A stretch of DNA of 64,000 nucleotides, taken from contig NC_043005.1 in the NCBI RefSeq assembly GCF_006345805.1, forward strand, positions 32,674,001-32,738,000. The letters are read 5' to 3'. This stretch comes from Octopus sinensis. Lineage: Eukaryota. Position numbers and translations under genes: made by a program. The first letter of the stretch is position 1; each line of letters starts with the position of its first letter. Shown here piece by piece: positions 61,180 to 64,000 of this stretch. The notes below the pieces were generated by a model. The model made no database searches. It saw nothing but the letters and a program-made list of their open reading frames with translations, and was not told where the DNA came from.

Positions 61180-62319
61180 GTAGAGTACTTCTGCTATTAT
61201 AAAGCTGTCTACCACTAATAAGACAACCACCCTCTCTAAGACCACCCTCACTGCTCCCTTCCTTTTCTTATTGCTTTTTTTTTCTTCTAGGGAAAGGTTA
61301 TAACGATTTACAACTTGGTCTGTTTTATGTTGACTTTATATTGGGTGTTTCACATGTTTTTATATACACACACAGCAAATATATATGCACATGTGTGTAT
61401 GTGAAAATGAGAAGGTATGTGTATGTATTGCTTTAGATTTGTTCTAGTTCTGAGACAAACAGACAACCATGTGTTCTCAAGCACATATGTACACTGAATC
61501 ACTCACACACATATATACTTGTACAAAACAACATAAACATAGATAAGCACTCATTTACCCAGATGCATGCTCACAACATACATGCATAAACAGATAAATC
61601 CTCACAGAAATGTGCACCCGTCCAAACCCAGATATGTGCTGTGAAATTCTCCTTTAGTTGAGGTGTCTTAGTTTAAGGTTAGTTAGCTGTTTTGACATCA
61701 ACACAAAAAAATATTGTTTAAATAAATATCAAACATGAAACAGTGAATTGTTGTTCTCAACCCTCTTTTGTTTTCACTTCTGTTATCCAATGTCTACCAT
61801 GACCTTCTCTACAAGATCATCTATTCTCAGTCATAGACCTGGTTTTTAACAGTTACATAATGGAATATCTGTTAAATTATTGGTTCTTATAGTATGAAAC
61901 TCTCAACAGTTTTGATGTATGAGGAGAACATGAAGCTTCTTATAAACTAACAACATTCTTCTTCCTAACAGTTAAACACCATTGCTGTTAGATTTGTTGA
62001 TTTTATTCATTCCTCTTACCATGTCGAGCTTTTAGGGTTCTCTCACCAACTCCTGTTCTGGTCCTCTCTGTTGAAGCAGGGCTGTCATTGTCAGTTCAGT
62101 CTGAAGAGAATATGTATCTAATTATATAGATCCATATATACAATTAAAGAATTATGTAGTGCTACAAATGTGGGTTTTACAAGGAGTTGATGACGAAACA
62201 GTCAAATTGAATTTCTCTTGTAAAAAGTTCTCTCATTTTTTTTTCAAATTTAAAGTTAGCTCCTCATTAATTGATTTCTGTAAAAATTGGAGGAGACTAA
62301 GTAAGAAAATTACTCTACA

Positions 62320-64000
62320 TTCATCATCATCGTTTAATGTCTGTTTTCGATGCTGGCATGGGTTGGATGGTTTGACTGGGGACTGGCAAGCCACGAGGCC
62401 TCACCAGCTTCCAATCTGATCTGGCAATGTTTCTACAGCTGGATGCTCTTCCTAACACCAACCACTCTGAGAGTGTAGTGGGTGCTTTTTATGTGCCACT
62501 GGCACAGGAGCCAGTCGGGGCAGGGGCGGGGCTGGCATTGACTACATTCGGATGGTTCTTTTTACGTGCCACCAGCATGGGGAGCCAATCAGATGGCACT
62601 GGCAATGATCCATGCATGCATGGTGCTTATTGTGTGCCACCAGCATGGGAGCCAGTCAGGTGGCACTGGCATCGGCCACAACTACTATTTCCATTTGATT
62701 GTGATTAGATTTGATTTGTTCTTTTCAAGCACAGCATGTTGCCCACTGATTCAGAGGTAGTTTTTAAATGGGCTGGTTATGCAACTCTGGTGTAGGCTAC
62801 GGCTGTGATCTCACCTTACTCGCTGGGTTTTCTCAATCACAGCATATCTCCAGAGGTCTCGGTCTTTCGTCATTGCCTCTGTGAAGCCCAACATTTGAAG
62901 CTCATGCTTCACCACCTCATCCCATGTCTTCCTGGGTCTCCCTCTTCAACGGGTTCCTTCCACTGTTAGGGAGTGACACTTCTTCACACAGCTCTGCTCA
63001 TCCATACACAGCACATGACCATACCAGTGCAGTTGTCTCTCTTGCACACCACATCTGATGCTTCTTGTGTCCAACATTTCTTTCAGGGTGCTTATACTCT
63101 GTTGTGTGTGCACACTGACATTACACATCCAGCGGATCATACTAGCTTCATTTCTTTCAAGCCTATGTATGTCTTCAGCAGTCACAGCCCATGTCTCACT
63201 GACATGTAGCATAGCAGTTCGCACACATGCATCATACAACCTACCTTTCTTTCTGAGTGAGAGGCCCTTTGTCACCAGCAGAGGTAAGAGGTTTCTGAAC
63301 TTTGCCCAGGCTATTCTTATACTAGTAGCAACGCTCTCATAGCATCTACCCCCACTACAGACTTGATCATCAAGGTAGCGGAAGCTATCAACTACTTCTA
63401 GTTTCTCCCCGTGGTATGTGATGGAGTCAGTTTTCTGAGCATCTGTGGTGTTTATTGCCCCCATGCATCAGCTGCACACAAAAGCTATCTTCCCAGTTAA
63501 CCTTCCTTTGATGTTGCTGCACCTCTTATGTCTCCATAGCTTACACTGGGTACATCTTATGAAGTTTCTGCCTATGCCTTTTCTGCTGATCGAGCAGGGC
63601 CACCTACTTGAAGGGGTTTGTGATGTGTTTGCCTTCCTACTTACTAGGACTTTTTTTGTTTCTAGATTGACTCTAAGGCTCTTCGATTCTAAACCTTGCT
63701 TCCACATCTGAAATTCCTTCTCTAGTTCTGGTAGTGATTCCGCTATGGAAACATGGTCATCAGCAAAGAGGAGCTCCCAGGAGCAACCTGTCTTGAATTC
63801 CTCTGTTATAGCCTGGAGGACTATGATGAATAAGAGGGGGATGAGGGTTGATCCTTGGTGGACTCCTACTTCTACCCTGAATTCTTCACTATACTCATTG
63901 CTGACCCTTACCTTACTAGCGGCATCGCTGTACAGGGCTTATTAACCACTCATCAATCCCCAGTTTCTGCATCACCCACCAGATAAGGGATCGGGGGACC
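62320..64000 (-). mobile_element. RTE-clade LINE (RT plus 3' UTR), continues past window end
   Basis: GVHQGS..PLLF, ELLFADD, Cys-rich insert WPCS..RCTQCKLW.HKRC, RIAWAKFR..GRLYDACVR; (TGA)n tail. Confidence 0.95.

Overview
AT-rich, microsatellite- and SINE-dense eukaryotic DNA whose repeat content looks like an Octopus (coleoid cephalopod) genome; the species is inferred, not proven. One host gene is supported: the 5' part of a myocardin-related transcription factor (MRTF/MKL) on the + strand. Its coding exons are 11580-11616, 40784-41053, 56814-56879 and 61124-61179, and they splice in frame to ...MDKNKESLKRKLMLRRSVTELVDRGIYPPLKTPPAYAEQRKQLERAK (RPEL1 region); the gene continues past the window. 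Its introns hold several frame-compatible candidate alternative exons. The rest is mobile-element debris: several tRNA-derived SINE families, RTE, CR1, R4/Dong-like and L1/Tx1-like LINEs, a Penelope-like RT, a maT/mariner, a Chapaev/Transib-like element, a Helitron with both ends, and MITEs. The most striking signal not shown by the ORF track is a cluster of seven minimal type-I hammerhead-ribozyme motifs from about five sequence families between 1.6 and 9.8 kb. All lie in short Penelope-like pseudo-LTR or retrozyme-like units next to (TA)n arrays; one motif has a fully canonical core, and one pair marks a tandem ~320-350 nt retrozyme-like unit. Most ORFs in the supplied track are microsatellite artefacts. 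Repeat boundaries are approximate because they were read by eye.
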